Assembly (NCBI GenBank): GCA_022865305.1
Contig: JALHSP010000056.1
Span: 128,760 to 192,759, forward strand
Length of the DNA: 64,000 bases
DNA from: Bacteroidales bacterium
GTDB lineage: Bacteria > Bacteroidota > Bacteroidia > Bacteroidales > VadinHA17
Direction of reading: 5' to 3'
Below are positions 41,144 through 52,349 of this stretch, in pieces. Position 1 is the stretch's first letter, and every line of letters starts with the position of its first letter. The notes under the pieces were generated by a model, which saw nothing but the letters and a program-made list of their open reading frames with translations, made no database searches and was not told the origin of the DNA. The position numbers and the translations under genes are program-made.

Positions 41144-41860
41144 ATGCAGGAAACCCTTCCCCTTGACATAATTATTGAATTGAGAGACTGTATTATATGG
41201 CAGCAGGATCATCTTGTCCTTTCCAATGTAAATCTTGTTGTGCATAGTGGTGAATTTATGTACCTGGTTGGCAGGGTTGGAAGCGGAAAAACAAGTGTAA
41301 TAAAAACACTTAATGCCCAGATCCCCCTGAAGGATGGTATGGGTGTTGTTGCAGGCTATAATCTTTCAAAAATAAAAAGACGGGAGATCCCGATGCTCCG
41401 CAGAAAACTGGGAATAGTTTTCCAGGACTTTCAGTTACTGACAGACAGGTCGGTAAATGATAATCTCGAATTTGTTCTGAAAGCTACCGGATGGAAAAAC
41501 AAACAAGAGATCGGCACCCGTATCGGGGAAGTGCTGGAAAAAGTCGGACTGGGACTTAAAGGCTACAAAATGCCTCATCAGCTTTCGGGAGGTGAACAAC
41601 AACGGGTTGTCATCGGAAGAGCTCTGCTTAATGATCCTGAAATAATTCTTGCCGATGAACCAACCGGGAATCTGGATCCGGAAACTTCAGAAGGCATTAT
41701 AAGGCTATTGATGGATATAAGCAAGACAGGCAGAGCTGTAGTTATAGCTACACATAATTATACTATCCTGAAAAAGTATCCTGCCCGGACTGTCAAATGT
41801 GAAGGTGGCAAGCTGGTTGAGGTGAGAATCGATGAGGAGATAGAGCTCGAAAAACTGTAG
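41144..41860 (+). CDS. ftsE: ABC ATPase, cell-division FtsE-like
   Basis: Walker [10 protein letters not shown], signature LSGGEQQR, Walker B ILADEP. The ~230-aa size is typical of FtsE. No adjacent permease gene. Confidence 0.65.
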   Translation: MQETLPLDIIIELRDCIIWQQDHLVLSNVNLVVHSGEFMYLVGRVGSGKTSVIKTLNAQIPLKDGMGVVAGYNLSKIKRREIPMLRRKLGIVFQDFQLLTDRSVNDNLEFVLKATGWKNKQEIGTRIGEVLEKVGLGLKGYKMPHQLSGGEQQRVVIGRALLNDPEIILADEPTGNLDPETSEGIIRLLMDISKTGRAVVIATHNYTILKKYPARTVKCEGGKLVEVRIDEEIELEKL

Positions 41861-41884
41861 AGACACACTCTAAATCCCTTCGGT

Positions 41885-42790
41885 TTACTTAAACATCCTT
41901 ACCGGCCAGGGGAGATTATTTCTGTAGACCCTGTAGAAAGGGACATTTGTGCTGCCGAAGGATTCCATAAAAGATGCAACTGAAGGAATAGATGAACCTG
42001 CAAAATCGAGAATATTCCTGGTTGATGAAGAATCTTTAATTAATTCATTAATAACATAATATCCTGTTCTCTTCTCCCGGCTTTCAGGGGTATTCACCAC
42101 AAAAAGCATAGTTTTATTTCCAGGCACCTCCAGAAGGAAAATCCCGAAAATAAGCCTTTTATTGGCAGCTCTGACTCCAATAATTCTTCCTCTTTTATTC
42201 CTGATACAGAAATCCATAAGGTTGTTCAGCCGTTGAAAATCACGAGGTTTTATACCCTTTATCATTTTGCCTTTGTTTCCGATGAACAGCTTTATAAGCT
42301 CGTCAGGTAAAACATCGTGGAGTAGTTCAGGTTTATTTTTTTCAGAAGCTCCAATGTTCCTCCTGCAATGCAATGAAAAATTATCCCATAGTTTGTCATA
42401 AGATTTCGAAAGATTAAGCTCATAATTGGACTTACTTGTAACGCTGTATCCTTTATTATTAATATTATGACCAACACACAAGTCGATAAACTTATAGAAA
42501 TCAGGCATATAATCAAAGAATTCATTTAGTGAAACAGAGGGATCCTTATCCGGGGAGTATACACCCAGCTGCTGCAGAAAAACCGGAGTTGCAACATATG
42601 TTATTCCAAACCTGCTGGATCCGGGAATAGGGAAAACAGAATCATAATCATCGTCGATCAATGCTTCCCAACCCGGAGCCATGATATCAAGGTACCATGA
42701 AAAGCCATAAGGTTTGATGCGGGGAGAATTTTTTATGCAATTATCCCACTGCTCGCGGTCAATTTCATGGTTTTTCAGATATATTATCAT
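41885..42790 (-). CDS. FemAB-like / GNAT-fold acyltransferase (putative)
   Basis: 301 aa. The N-terminal ...REQWDNCIKNSP..YGFSWYLD pattern recalls FemAB/BioF2-like acetyltransferase families. 4-nt overlap with the upstream gene. Confidence 0.4.
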   Translation of the reverse strand: MIIYLKNHEIDREQWDNCIKNSPRIKPYGFSWYLDIMAPGWEALIDDDYDSVFPIPGSSRFGITYVATPVFLQQLGVYSPDKDPSVSLNEFFDYMPDFYKFIDLCVGHNINNKGYSVTSKSNYELNLSKSYDKLWDNFSLHCRRNIGASEKNKPELLHDVLPDELIKLFIGNKGKMIKGIKPRDFQRLNNLMDFCIRNKRGRIIGVRAANKRLIFGIFLLEVPGNKTMLFVVNTPESREKRTGYYVINELIKDSSSTRNILDFAGSSIPSVASFMESFGSTNVPFYRVYRNNLPWPVRMFK

Positions 42791-44094
42791 GACTTCTGAT
42801 ATTGAAGCATGGATTCAAATATTTCACGCCAGCCGGACCATTCCTGATTATCGAGTAATGATGTATTATGCCATATGCTAACGAAAAGGCCTCCTGCTTT
42901 CCTGGTTTCGTTTATTAGTTTAAAAATAATCTCCTTTGCTGTGGCAGGATCGAGATTTTTGTAGTGAAAAAGCGTTCCATCCATAACCTGGAAAGGCACA
43001 ATCCTGAGGTTAGTCTGCTGATCTTCTGAGACATCATAAAAATAAAATGGCCGTGCTATCCCTGCCCTGAAACCGGTTTCATCGGGGTAACCCATGGAAT
43101 AATCTTCTGTAATTCCTTCTTTTAAAAGATGCCGGTATGAGGAGGGAATATTTATTCTTATAAAATGAAACCGGCTGATCATAATCTCTTTTGCTACAAT
43201 TGATTTTAACCGGTTTAATTCCGTACCAATTATTGTTGAACTTTCAGATGCATAAAAAGACGGGTGCAGTCCGGTTAAGTACCTTGTGCCAATCCTGTTA
43301 ATCAGTTTCCTGTATTCTTCATTTTTCCAGGATGGATTTTTGTCATACTTTGAATGATCGCCAACAGAGAAAAAGAATCTTGTATCAGCTTTATGCTTTT
43401 CTACATTTTCGATAATATAATCATAAACCTCATATGGATCCTTTTTCCCCCTGGCCACAACACCATACCTGTCGGCGGCATTCCCGGTTTTCAGAGTAAA
43501 ATCACGGAGAAGCCCACCTACAGAGCTTATGAGGTTTTTACCCAGGTATGCAAAAGGCTGATCTGTATCGATAGTCAAAAGAGCATTATATTCATTTCGC
43601 CTGAACACAAGAGTCGGATACTTCTTTAATAATACTCTAGCAAACTCTTTCGCCCACAGATCGACCACAGGTTTGCCGAGAAATCCGTTCTTACCCGCAA
43701 GTGATGAGGCAGACATAAACCTTCCATATTCATCAGGTTGAAATTCAAGATATTCCTCATAACGGGTGATAAGAAAAAAGGATGCGGCAAAAATATCGAA
43801 AGGAATATCTGAATCGGGCGGGGTCTGAAAAAAAACAGGTAGGTTCTTCCACTCACCCATAATAATATTTTTTTGACTTGTGCCGGTCTCAAATAAAAGG
43901 GAAACAGGATTAATTTTGAAGGAATCCTTAATAGTAACTGATGAATAATTAATAACCGGGTGCTTCCCAAGTTTTCGCCTGTCGGTTATAACCTCCCATG
44001 ATAATCCCAGAATATCTTCAAGAATTATGCCGGCAATATAACGCAGGCGTGGAATATTTTCAGATGTGTATATTTTTATGCTCAGAGGATCCAT
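42787..44094 (-). CDS. polysaccharide deacetylase-like protein (putative)
   Basis: 435 aa. The architecture recalls Bacteroidota proteins annotated as polysaccharide deacetylase family. No firm catalytic motif identified by eye. Confidence 0.35.
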   Translation of the reverse strand: MDPLSIKIYTSENIPRLRYIAGIILEDILGLSWEVITDRRKLGKHPVINYSSVTIKDSFKINPVSLLFETGTSQKNIIMGEWKNLPVFFQTPPDSDIPFDIFAASFFLITRYEEYLEFQPDEYGRFMSASSLAGKNGFLGKPVVDLWAKEFARVLLKKYPTLVFRRNEYNALLTIDTDQPFAYLGKNLISSVGGLLRDFTLKTGNAADRYGVVARGKKDPYEVYDYIIENVEKHKADTRFFFSVGDHSKYDKNPSWKNEEYRKLINRIGTRYLTGLHPSFYASESSTIIGTELNRLKSIVAKEIMISRFHFIRINIPSSYRHLLKEGITEDYSMGYPDETGFRAGIARPFYFYDVSEDQQTNLRIVPFQVMDGTLFHYKNLDPATAKEIIFKLINETRKAGGLFVSIWHNTSLLDNQEWSGWREIFESMLQYQKS

Positions 44095-44245
44095 ATATAC
44101 AAATTTATAAAATCTCTGTGTAACTACCTATTAAAATTATCAGGTCGTAAAATCTCTGTGAATGGCAAAGGACTCGACGAATTTCATTATATAGAGTGAC
44201 ACTCTGATAAACAGAGGAAAAACAGAAGGAAGAATAAACCGGTTT

Positions 44246-45577
44246 CTAATTTTTTATCGTTTCTTTTACTTTTGAAGCAAGGAGTATCATGGAAATAATT
44301 GCAATGGTTCCGCCAAAACTAAAAGCAACTGTTCCACCGAATCCGGGAAGAACATTGTCGAAAAAGCTGTAAATAAATCCGAAAAGAATGCTTGCCGGCA
44401 GTGCTCCAAGTCCTATAGCAAGATTAAACAGACCATAAGCCGAACCTCGCTGGTCATCCTTCACCAGATCAGCCACAAAAGCTTTTTCCGCACCTTCCGA
44501 AAATGCATAAAACAGGGCATAAACAGCAAAAAGGATAAAAGTAGCTACTATCTGAATCTTTGCAGGAAGAAATACGAGCAACGCAAAAGAGATATAAACG
44601 AATGCATAAATTCCCCATCCGATATTTATTACTTTTTTTCTCCCTATCCTGTCAGACAATGCCCCCAGCGGAGTTGAGAAAATGACTTTAATAACATGAA
44701 AAAATGACCAGATCAGGGGGAGAAAAAGAATATTTACCACAGTTGCCCGGGATGCCTCATCACCGAAATTCGAAACCATATTATAAAGAGGTTTGATACT
44801 GTTAACAATATCAATTACTGCTCCGCTTTTGCGGATCGATTCCTCTACTCTGAAAAGCAGAAATGCATCTGAAGAGTTACCCAGAGTAAAAAGGATCATG
44901 ATTAAAAGATATGTTTTAAAATTTTTATCAAAGCTTCTCAGCGAGAACCTGAAGAGCTTAGCGTTTTTGCCAGCAGGTGCAGATTCCCTGACAAAAAATA
45001 TTATTGTCAGTACGGCGAGCAGTCCGGGTATTATAGCAAGCAAAAATGTCCAGCGTAATGCCAGCAATGAATCCCTGAAGCCAAAACCTATAAATAAGAT
45101 CAGCAAAGTGATTATTGCCAGTACAGGTCCGATAACAGCACCGGTGTGGTCCATCGCCCGGTGAAATCCAAAGGATTTACCTCTTATTCTCTCATCAACT
45201 GATGAGGCAACAAGAGCATCCCTTGGAGCAGTTCTTATCCCCTTCCCTACTCTGTCGAGCATCCTGACAATAACAATCTGCCAGGCAGCAGTAACAATGC
45301 CGGTTAACGGACGAATCAGAGAAGAGACAGTATATCCGATAAGTATAAGGATTTTTCTTTTTCCTATCTTATCAGAAATTATACCGCTGACCAGCTTCAA
45401 TAACGCTGCTGTTGATTCAGCAACACCTTCAATTATTCCCAGGATTACAGCACCCGAGCCCAAGGCAGCAACATAAACCGGAATGAGCGGATAAATCATT
45501 TCCGAAGCAGCGTCGGTAAAGAGACTGACGATACCCAGCATGATGACAACATGGGGAATGCGTTGCTTCCGGTCCAT
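44246..45577 (-). CDS. MFS transporter
   Basis: 443 aa with about 12 hydrophobic segments and a DRxGRK-like loop motif (SDKIGKRK, SDRIGRKK). Confidence 0.8.
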   Translation of the reverse strand: MDRKQRIPHVVIMLGIVSLFTDAASEMIYPLIPVYVAALGSGAVILGIIEGVAESTAALLKLVSGIISDKIGKRKILILIGYTVSSLIRPLTGIVTAAWQIVIVRMLDRVGKGIRTAPRDALVASSVDERIRGKSFGFHRAMDHTGAVIGPVLAIITLLILFIGFGFRDSLLALRWTFLLAIIPGLLAVLTIIFFVRESAPAGKNAKLFRFSLRSFDKNFKTYLLIMILFTLGNSSDAFLLFRVEESIRKSGAVIDIVNSIKPLYNMVSNFGDEASRATVVNILFLPLIWSFFHVIKVIFSTPLGALSDRIGRKKVINIGWGIYAFVYISFALLVFLPAKIQIVATFILFAVYALFYAFSEGAEKAFVADLVKDDQRGSAYGLFNLAIGLGALPASILFGFIYSFFDNVLPGFGGTVAFSFGGTIAIISMILLASKVKETIKN

Positions 45578-45582
45578 AAAAA

Positions 45583-47448
45583 TTATCTTTTCAGAAAATC
45601 ATCATATAATACCTGAAGATAAGCTTTACCGTACTTCCCTGCCAGTTCAGGATTCTTCCCTTCTTCCAGAACCGGCCTACCCAGCTTATGGTCATATATA
45701 TATTTGGAACTGTCTGTTATAAAGCCAAAACCTTCATTAAATGTATAAAAGGCGAATGAATTTGCCTTTTCCGACAACATATCCTTGCCAAAAGGGTAAT
45801 TGTCGTCCAGATCAAGCTGATGCAATAACGTCAGTGGGATATCGACCTGGCTTCCGAATTTTTCTATCTTACTTCCATGAACGGATACTGCACCTCCGAT
45901 CCATAACATCGGTATCCTGAATATATCTTCGGTATATGCCATGGTTTCAGCTGAATGACGGCGGTAGTGATCCGCTACCAGAATTACCAGTGTATTTTTC
46001 CACCACCCTGTTTCCTTAGCCCAGTCGAGGAATGATCCCAGTGCCTTATCAGTGTAATATACAGAATTCCTGAATTTTGTCAGTTCATCATTACCTTCAA
46101 AAACAGGTGCCATTGGGACTTTAAACGGTTCATGGCTCGATAATGTCAGAACCACATTCAGGAATGGCTCATTGACCCTGCTCATCGAATCTTTAAGAGC
46201 ATCAAAAAAAATATGATCGTGAATACCCCAGTTAGAATAATTTTGTTTCTCATGGCTGAAATTATCCTCAGTAATGATCTGATTGAAGCCTGAATTTATA
46301 ACAAATGAATTGAAGTTCGCGAAATCAATTTCACCTCCATACCAGAACGAAGTACTATAACCCAGTTCATTAAATAACTTTACAATGCCCGGCAGAGTCT
46401 GCGTCTTTTTCGGTTCTTTCATTATAGATACTGCTGGCTGAGCGGGGTAACCATTAAGTATAGCAGGCATGGCTTTATCAGTGCGGAAGCCCGAAGAATA
46501 AAAATTTGAAAAAAGTATTCCTTCTTCAATATACCTGTTAAAACTGGGAGTCGTTAAAGAATCTCCGCCCAGTGGACCGATCATTGAGCTTCCAAAGCTT
46601 TCAAGGACAATAATCAGAATATTTGGTCTTGAATTATTAAGAACCTTTACCCGGGAGAAAGAGTGATTGATTAAGGAATCGACAAGAACCTTTGCAGAAA
46701 CCAGATCCTGGTAATTATAAGGATTATTAACAGGTTTTTGATTCACAAGCGACGCGATTAAATTCCATACAACATTGATTGAAGTATGGTTAGCAAACAT
46801 ATTATCACTGAAATAGACTGACCCTGTATTTATAGGGGCTATACCCACACCTCCTCTAATGGGTATAAGAAGAGCAGCCCAAAGCATCAAAAAAAAGATG
46901 ACTGCAGGAATCCATAAACGAATTTTTTGAAATCCCGTGAAGAATCTTTCAATAAGCTTCCTGTAAATAAAAATAAACAGCGCCGACATCAATATAACAG
47001 TCAGAAATGTTGCAACAATCTGAAAAAGAGTGACGGATGCCATAGCCTCTTTTGGCGTTTTAAGATAAAGCAGAGGGGTAAGATCCATACGAAATCCCCA
47101 ATATTTATAAAGGACTGTGTCAGTAACAACAATAATTGATGCAATAATGACAAAAAAGTAAGTGTACCATTTAATAAAAACCTGGTACCATTTCCCGTTA
47201 AAGTAAATCCCGGGAATAATTAACAGAACTGGTACTGCAAAAATATATCCTATGGCAGAAATATCCAGTTTAATTCCATGGATGAAAGTAGCAAACAATG
47301 TTCCGATGCCACACTGAAATGCTTCATTGTAATGCGTTGCGATGAAAAATAATCTGGCAGTAAAGAAAAAAACAAGCCAGAAAAGTGAATAAAGGACTAT
47401 TGCTATGAGTCTTTTTTTCATTTCAACCCAAATTGGCTTTGCGTCCAT
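45583..47448 (-). CDS. LTA-synthase/sulfatase-family membrane phosphotransferase
   Basis: About 5 N-terminal TM helices plus an extracytoplasmic alkaline-phosphatase-superfamily domain (ILIIVLESFG, LVILVADH). An alternative start MKKRL lies at 47421. Confidence 0.7.
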   Translation of the reverse strand: MDAKPIWVEMKKRLIAIVLYSLFWLVFFFTARLFFIATHYNEAFQCGIGTLFATFIHGIKLDISAIGYIFAVPVLLIIPGIYFNGKWYQVFIKWYTYFFVIIASIIVVTDTVLYKYWGFRMDLTPLLYLKTPKEAMASVTLFQIVATFLTVILMSALFIFIYRKLIERFFTGFQKIRLWIPAVIFFLMLWAALLIPIRGGVGIAPINTGSVYFSDNMFANHTSINVVWNLIASLVNQKPVNNPYNYQDLVSAKVLVDSLINHSFSRVKVLNNSRPNILIIVLESFGSSMIGPLGGDSLTTPSFNRYIEEGILFSNFYSSGFRTDKAMPAILNGYPAQPAVSIMKEPKKTQTLPGIVKLFNELGYSTSFWYGGEIDFANFNSFVINSGFNQIITEDNFSHEKQNYSNWGIHDHIFFDALKDSMSRVNEPFLNVVLTLSSHEPFKVPMAPVFEGNDELTKFRNSVYYTDKALGSFLDWAKETGWWKNTLVILVADHYRRHSAETMAYTEDIFRIPMLWIGGAVSVHGSKIEKFGSQVDIPLTLLHQLDLDDNYPFGKDMLSEKANSFAFYTFNEGFGFITDSSKYIYDHKLGRPVLEEGKNPELAGKYGKAYLQVLYDDFLKR

Positions 47449-48328
47449 TTATATAAAATAGTATTAATGAAGCTGTAATAATGATCATTCCGGCAATAGT
47501 AAGCAATTCCGGTTTCTCTCCCGGAACCAGGAGCCAGCTCAGAATTGCTCCGACTACAGGTATTATAAATTTCCAGAGGTTAAGTTCAGAGACTTTCACA
47601 TGAGGCCTTTGAAGAAGTTTGAACCATAATGAAAAAGCATAAGCCGACATAAAGCTCAGCCAGATCAGTGTCAACCAGTATTGTGCGGGCATTGGATCCG
47701 CTGGCCGGCTTTCAAACAGAAATGAAAGAATATAAATAATAATTCCTCCAATAAAGAGCGAGGTTGAACTGAGGACATAAGGATTTATTCCCTTGCTTTT
47801 TAATGATACAACCACGTTACTGGTTGCTGTAGCTATATTTGCCCCGAGTATCATGAATACACCCAGCAGTTCCACAGCACTGCCAAGCTTAAAAGCCTGA
47901 CGTCCGGCACTTATTAGAATCACTCCTGAAATTCCAAAAACTATTGTGACAATTTTTTGTTTCGTAAGCTTGTCATCTTCATGCATCATTGCAGCAACCA
48001 CAGCTGTGACAAGGGGTTGAGATCCGACAATCACTGCACCCAGCGCACCCGGGACCAGGTCCATACCGAGATAAAACAGTATATAGTTAATTAGTGTCTG
48101 AAGAAGAGTTACCCAGAAGATCACCTTCCAGTGCTCCCTGACCATTTTGACAAATATTGCAGGCCTGACTGTAAAAGGAAGGATCATGAGTCCGGAAATG
48201 ATAAAACGTGAACCTGCGAAATGCAATGGAGTATCATATTGCAGACCTATTTTTATCCCGGCATAAGCAGTAGACCATAAAAGGCAGGCAACTATTGCCC
48301 AGAATATGGTGTCGTCTTTCCTTACCAC
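47423..48328 (-). CDS. DMT-superfamily (EamA-like) transporter
   Basis: 301 aa with 10 predicted TM segments in two similar halves. Confidence 0.75.
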   Translation of the reverse strand: MVRKDDTIFWAIVACLLWSTAYAGIKIGLQYDTPLHFAGSRFIISGLMILPFTVRPAIFVKMVREHWKVIFWVTLLQTLINYILFYLGMDLVPGALGAVIVGSQPLVTAVVAAMMHEDDKLTKQKIVTIVFGISGVILISAGRQAFKLGSAVELLGVFMILGANIATATSNVVVSLKSKGINPYVLSSTSLFIGGIIIYILSFLFESRPADPMPAQYWLTLIWLSFMSAYAFSLWFKLLQRPHVKVSELNLWKFIIPVVGAILSWLLVPGEKPELLTIAGMIIITASLILFYINGRKANLG

Positions 48329-48363
48329 TGAAATAATTTTGGCGGCAAATATCAGAAAATTAT

Positions 48364-50616
48364 TTATTTTTCCACCATGTTCCAGTCTGGCGGATCCACA
48401 CCAAGGAGGTGTTTTACAAAAAAATCACGACGTTTTCTTGATCCGTATGTGCCACCGTTGCTGATATGCCTTGCCCCGGGAACAAATACATATTCGAATT
48501 CCTTGCCTGCTTTTATCAATGCATCAACAAGCTGTTCTGTAGATGCCGGATCAACATTATCGTCCATCTCACCGTTGATCAGTAATAGCTTGCCTTTCAG
48601 CCTCCAGGCATTTTCGACATTCGACGACTGAGCATATTCTTCACCGACAGGCCATCCCATCCATTGCTCATTCCACCATATCTTATCCATTCGGTTATCA
48701 TGGCAGCCACAGGCGGCAATTGAAACTTTATAGAATTCAGGATGAAACAAAACAGCACCAGCAGCATTTTGTCCTCCGGCTGATCCTCCATAAATGCCAA
48801 CCTTATCAAGGTCCATGTATGGATATTTTTCAGATGCTGCTTTCAACCATAATATCCTGTCAGGGAATCCGGCATCCTTAAGATTCTTCCAGCAGACATC
48901 ATGAAAAGCTTTCGAACGATTTGAGGTCCCCATGCCATCAATTTGTACTACAATGAATCCAATCTCGGCAAGCTGATGCATCTCACCAAAAAATGCCCTG
49001 AAGCTTTTTGGCACGTGGCTGCTGTGAGGACCTGCATAAACACATTCGATTACAGGATATTTTTTTGCAGGATCGAAATTTACAGGTCTGATAATAATCC
49101 CCCAGATATCTGTTATCCCATCCCGTCCTTTGGCAGAAAAGGGTTCGGGGAATTTTATACCCGTTTCCATAAGCCTGGATATATCAGCTTTCTCCAGAAC
49201 CATGATCTGACTGCCATCTTCAGCATTTCTTAATACGGAGACAGGAGGCGAATCAACCCTTGACCATGTATCAACAAAGTACTTTTTATCAGGCGAGAAA
49301 CTGGCTTCGTGCGTGCCGTTGCCATCAGTAAGCCTGGTAAGCCCTGATCCGTCAAAGTTAATCCTGTAATAATGAACAAAATAAGGATCACCGGGTTCTA
49401 TTCCGCCAGCCTGAAAAACAATATACCTGTTGCTGTCATCGACGAAAGTAACTTCTCTTACCACCCACTCTCCTTTGGTGATCTGCTGCTTTACAGCACC
49501 TGTTTCTGAATCGTACAGGTAAAGATGGTTCCATCCGTCTCTTTCTGAAGCCCATATTATTTCTCCGGCTTCTTCAATATCGTGTCTGTACTTTTTACCA
49601 CTGTAATCAATAAAAGTCGGAGATGTCTCATTGATAATTACTTCACAAATGCCCGTTTCTGAATCAACTTTAATGACCTTATAAACCTGATGTCCTCTTT
49701 TGTTATATTCAAATGTAAAATACCTGCTCTCTTTACCCCATTTAATATTATTGATTGAATATTGATTTGGTAATTGTGAATCATCAACTTTGATGTGCTT
49801 TTTAGAATCCGCATCAAATAATTGAGGAAATAATTGTGGCAAAGCATCTCCCGGTTTTGGGTATTCAAAAGAATAATGCTTTGGCTGAAGCTGGTCATCA
49901 GGTGATGATTCAATAAAATGAATCATGTGCTTTTCTGCAGGTTTCACACGGCATGAAACCAATTTTTTCGAACCTGGTGACCACCTTATATATGATGAAT
50001 AATATTCACCTATTCCACCATCAAAGCTGAGCTGATATTCTTTATTATCATCTGACCGGATCCATATATTGAAATTCCTGATATATGCTGTCCATTTTTT
50101 ATCAGGAGAAACTACCGGATTGTTGGCAAGCTCGTCTCTGAATGACCAGTCATATGGACCTGATGGTCCACGCTCAGAAACCTTGTCTCTTTTTACGATT
50201 TTGTAATCTTTCAGATTGCATATCCAGTTGTAATTGTCATAATTGAAGGCAAAGCTTCCCAGTTTTTCCGAAAAAACGATATTTCTGACCGGCAGCTTCC
50301 CTGTTTCAGCTTTCTTACCTGTTGCCGATTCAAATGCAGTAACAAACCTTTTCTGGTCGAATGCTGGTTTCTTTGATTTGCTTATTGCATTGACAATCAA
50401 ATACTCTGTGCCATCAGGTGTCAGATTCTCATAAAACAGGTTCCCGGTGTTACCTATCCATGAAGGTCTTACATTACCGTAAAAGACTTTAGACATTGTA
50501 ATCCTGGCAAGGTCATCGGCTCTTTTATAATCATCGGCGATGCCCTGCGAGAAGGAGATGGTCTGTGACAAGATCAAGATCGGAAAAATGTCCAAAACAA
50601 GTTTTATTTTTTTCAT
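48364..50616 (-). CDS. S9B dipeptidyl-peptidase IV-like serine peptidase
   Basis: 750 aa with a signal peptide, an N-terminal propeller-like region, nucleophile GGSAGG, and later D and H (PGARH). Confidence 0.75.
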   Translation of the reverse strand: MKKIKLVLDIFPILILSQTISFSQGIADDYKRADDLARITMSKVFYGNVRPSWIGNTGNLFYENLTPDGTEYLIVNAISKSKKPAFDQKRFVTAFESATGKKAETGKLPVRNIVFSEKLGSFAFNYDNYNWICNLKDYKIVKRDKVSERGPSGPYDWSFRDELANNPVVSPDKKWTAYIRNFNIWIRSDDNKEYQLSFDGGIGEYYSSYIRWSPGSKKLVSCRVKPAEKHMIHFIESSPDDQLQPKHYSFEYPKPGDALPQLFPQLFDADSKKHIKVDDSQLPNQYSINNIKWGKESRYFTFEYNKRGHQVYKVIKVDSETGICEVIINETSPTFIDYSGKKYRHDIEEAGEIIWASERDGWNHLYLYDSETGAVKQQITKGEWVVREVTFVDDSNRYIVFQAGGIEPGDPYFVHYYRINFDGSGLTRLTDGNGTHEASFSPDKKYFVDTWSRVDSPPVSVLRNAEDGSQIMVLEKADISRLMETGIKFPEPFSAKGRDGITDIWGIIIRPVNFDPAKKYPVIECVYAGPHSSHVPKSFRAFFGEMHQLAEIGFIVVQIDGMGTSNRSKAFHDVCWKNLKDAGFPDRILWLKAASEKYPYMDLDKVGIYGGSAGGQNAAGAVLFHPEFYKVSIAACGCHDNRMDKIWWNEQWMGWPVGEEYAQSSNVENAWRLKGKLLLINGEMDDNVDPASTEQLVDALIKAGKEFEYVFVPGARHISNGGTYGSRKRRDFFVKHLLGVDPPDWNMVEK

Positions 50617-50733
50617 ATTAAGTAAAGAGTATAATTCGGAAAAATGGCTCGTTAAATTTAACAGAAATCGAGTTCAGCAGCTATGCTTTATAATATTATT
50701 TAATAGTTTTGTCAGATTATCATTGAAATTGCT

Positions 50734-52326
50734 ATGACTGTTGCAGAATATATTGCAAACCAATTATTTAATGCCGGTGTTCGATATGTTTTCGGTATCC
50801 CTGGCGGTCCCTCGATTCCATACATGGAAGCATTTCAATCTGCCGGAATTGAATTTATTCTTACATCCGACGAAGCTTCTGCAGGAATTATGGCTGATGT
50901 TTCGGGAAGAATTACAGGAATACCGGGGGTGTGTCATGCCACATTCGGACCCGGAGCTACAAATATATCAACAGGCATCGGCGGTGCATTGCTAGACAGA
51001 TCACCAGTAATCGTACTTACAAGTGAAATGGATGATACAATGCTTAATCGTACGGTTCAGATGAATATCAATCACCAGAAGCTTTTTGAACCTCTGACGA
51101 AAGCAACATTCAGAATAAATCAAACTAATGTACCTGAGGTCATAAGTACAGCATTGAGAATATGCAGGGAAGAGTATCCGGGCCCTGTACATATAGGACT
51201 TCCTGCAGATATTGCTGAAACTGAGGTAGATGAATCTCAGGTAACTCTCCGTGGGGTTGAAACAATAAATCATATGAATGACAGCACCAGCATTGTTTCC
51301 CTACTCAGTAGATCGCGAAGACCTCTTCTGGCCATCGGACTTACTGCAGCCCGGCTTGGAATTAATAAGGAGCTGGTCACTTTTCTCGATAAATATAAAA
51401 TTCCTGTTGTAATTACACCAATGGCAAAAGGATTACTCTCAGAGGAACATCTATCCTATGCCGGTGTCCTTTTCCATGCATTAAGCAATTATCTGGAAGA
51501 TATTTTTCAAAAAACGGATCTGATAATTGGTCTAGGATATGATCCGGTGGAATATAATTATGAATCATGGATGCCGGATGTACCCCTTATTGATTTCAAT
51601 ACAAAACAGACGGATATGCCTGAAGCTGAAAATATCGTTCAGTTTGTCGGTCCACATGAAGAATGGTTTGACATATTAAAAAATCTGAATGCCGGCTCAA
51701 TCATTTTCGAACAGGCTGTGGTTAAGGGGATACGTGATGAGATGTCAACCGTTTTCAGTGGTTTTACCGGCCATTTCGGACCGGTTACTGCCCTGAAAAT
51801 ACTGCAAGAAGAATTACCTGCAGATGCTATAATTACTTCAGACGTCGGATCACATCTTCATCTTTTAGGCCAGTACTGGGAAACCCATGGCAAAGGGAAG
51901 GTCATTATGACTAACGGGTGGTCCGGAATGGGTTTTGGAATACCTGCAGCTCTGGCTGCACAAATAACCAGACCCGACGCTACTGTCGTTTGTATTTCCG
52001 GTGATGGCGGATTCCTGATGAAAGCCGGAGAAATTGTAACAGCCAGGAGGTATAAACTGCCTGTCATCGTTGTAGTATTTTCAGACGGTGAGCTTAATCT
52101 GATCAAACTTAAAAAGGAATGGCAAAATCTCCCTGTGTATGGGACTATGTTATATCAGGGTGATCTTTTCGGGGCAGATATGTTTCTGGGTGTAAAGGTG
52201 TTAAAAGCTGATTCTCACCAAAGTATGCAAACGGCCATAAAAAAAGCTCTTTCCCTTAATGAACCGGTGATTATAAATGTAAATATTAACCCTGAGGATT
52301 ATAAATGGCTGATTGTAAGACGGTAG
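50734..52326 (+). CDS. thiamine-diphosphate-dependent enzyme (acetolactate synthase-like)
   Basis: N-terminal PYR domain (GIPGGPS) and a C-terminal TPP motif SGDGGFLM...N. Confidence 0.75.
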   Translation: MTVAEYIANQLFNAGVRYVFGIPGGPSIPYMEAFQSAGIEFILTSDEASAGIMADVSGRITGIPGVCHATFGPGATNISTGIGGALLDRSPVIVLTSEMDDTMLNRTVQMNINHQKLFEPLTKATFRINQTNVPEVISTALRICREEYPGPVHIGLPADIAETEVDESQVTLRGVETINHMNDSTSIVSLLSRSRRPLLAIGLTAARLGINKELVTFLDKYKIPVVITPMAKGLLSEEHLSYAGVLFHALSNYLEDIFQKTDLIIGLGYDPVEYNYESWMPDVPLIDFNTKQTDMPEAENIVQFVGPHEEWFDILKNLNAGSIIFEQAVVKGIRDEMSTVFSGFTGHFGPVTALKILQEELPADAIITSDVGSHLHLLGQYWETHGKGKVIMTNGWSGMGFGIPAALAAQITRPDATVVCISGDGGFLMKAGEIVTARRYKLPVIVVVFSDGELNLIKLKKEWQNLPVYGTMLYQGDLFGADMFLGVKVLKADSHQSMQTAIKKALSLNEPVIINVNINPEDYKWLIVRR

Positions 52327-52349
52327 GTGGCAGGTGGTCAGCCTTTTTC

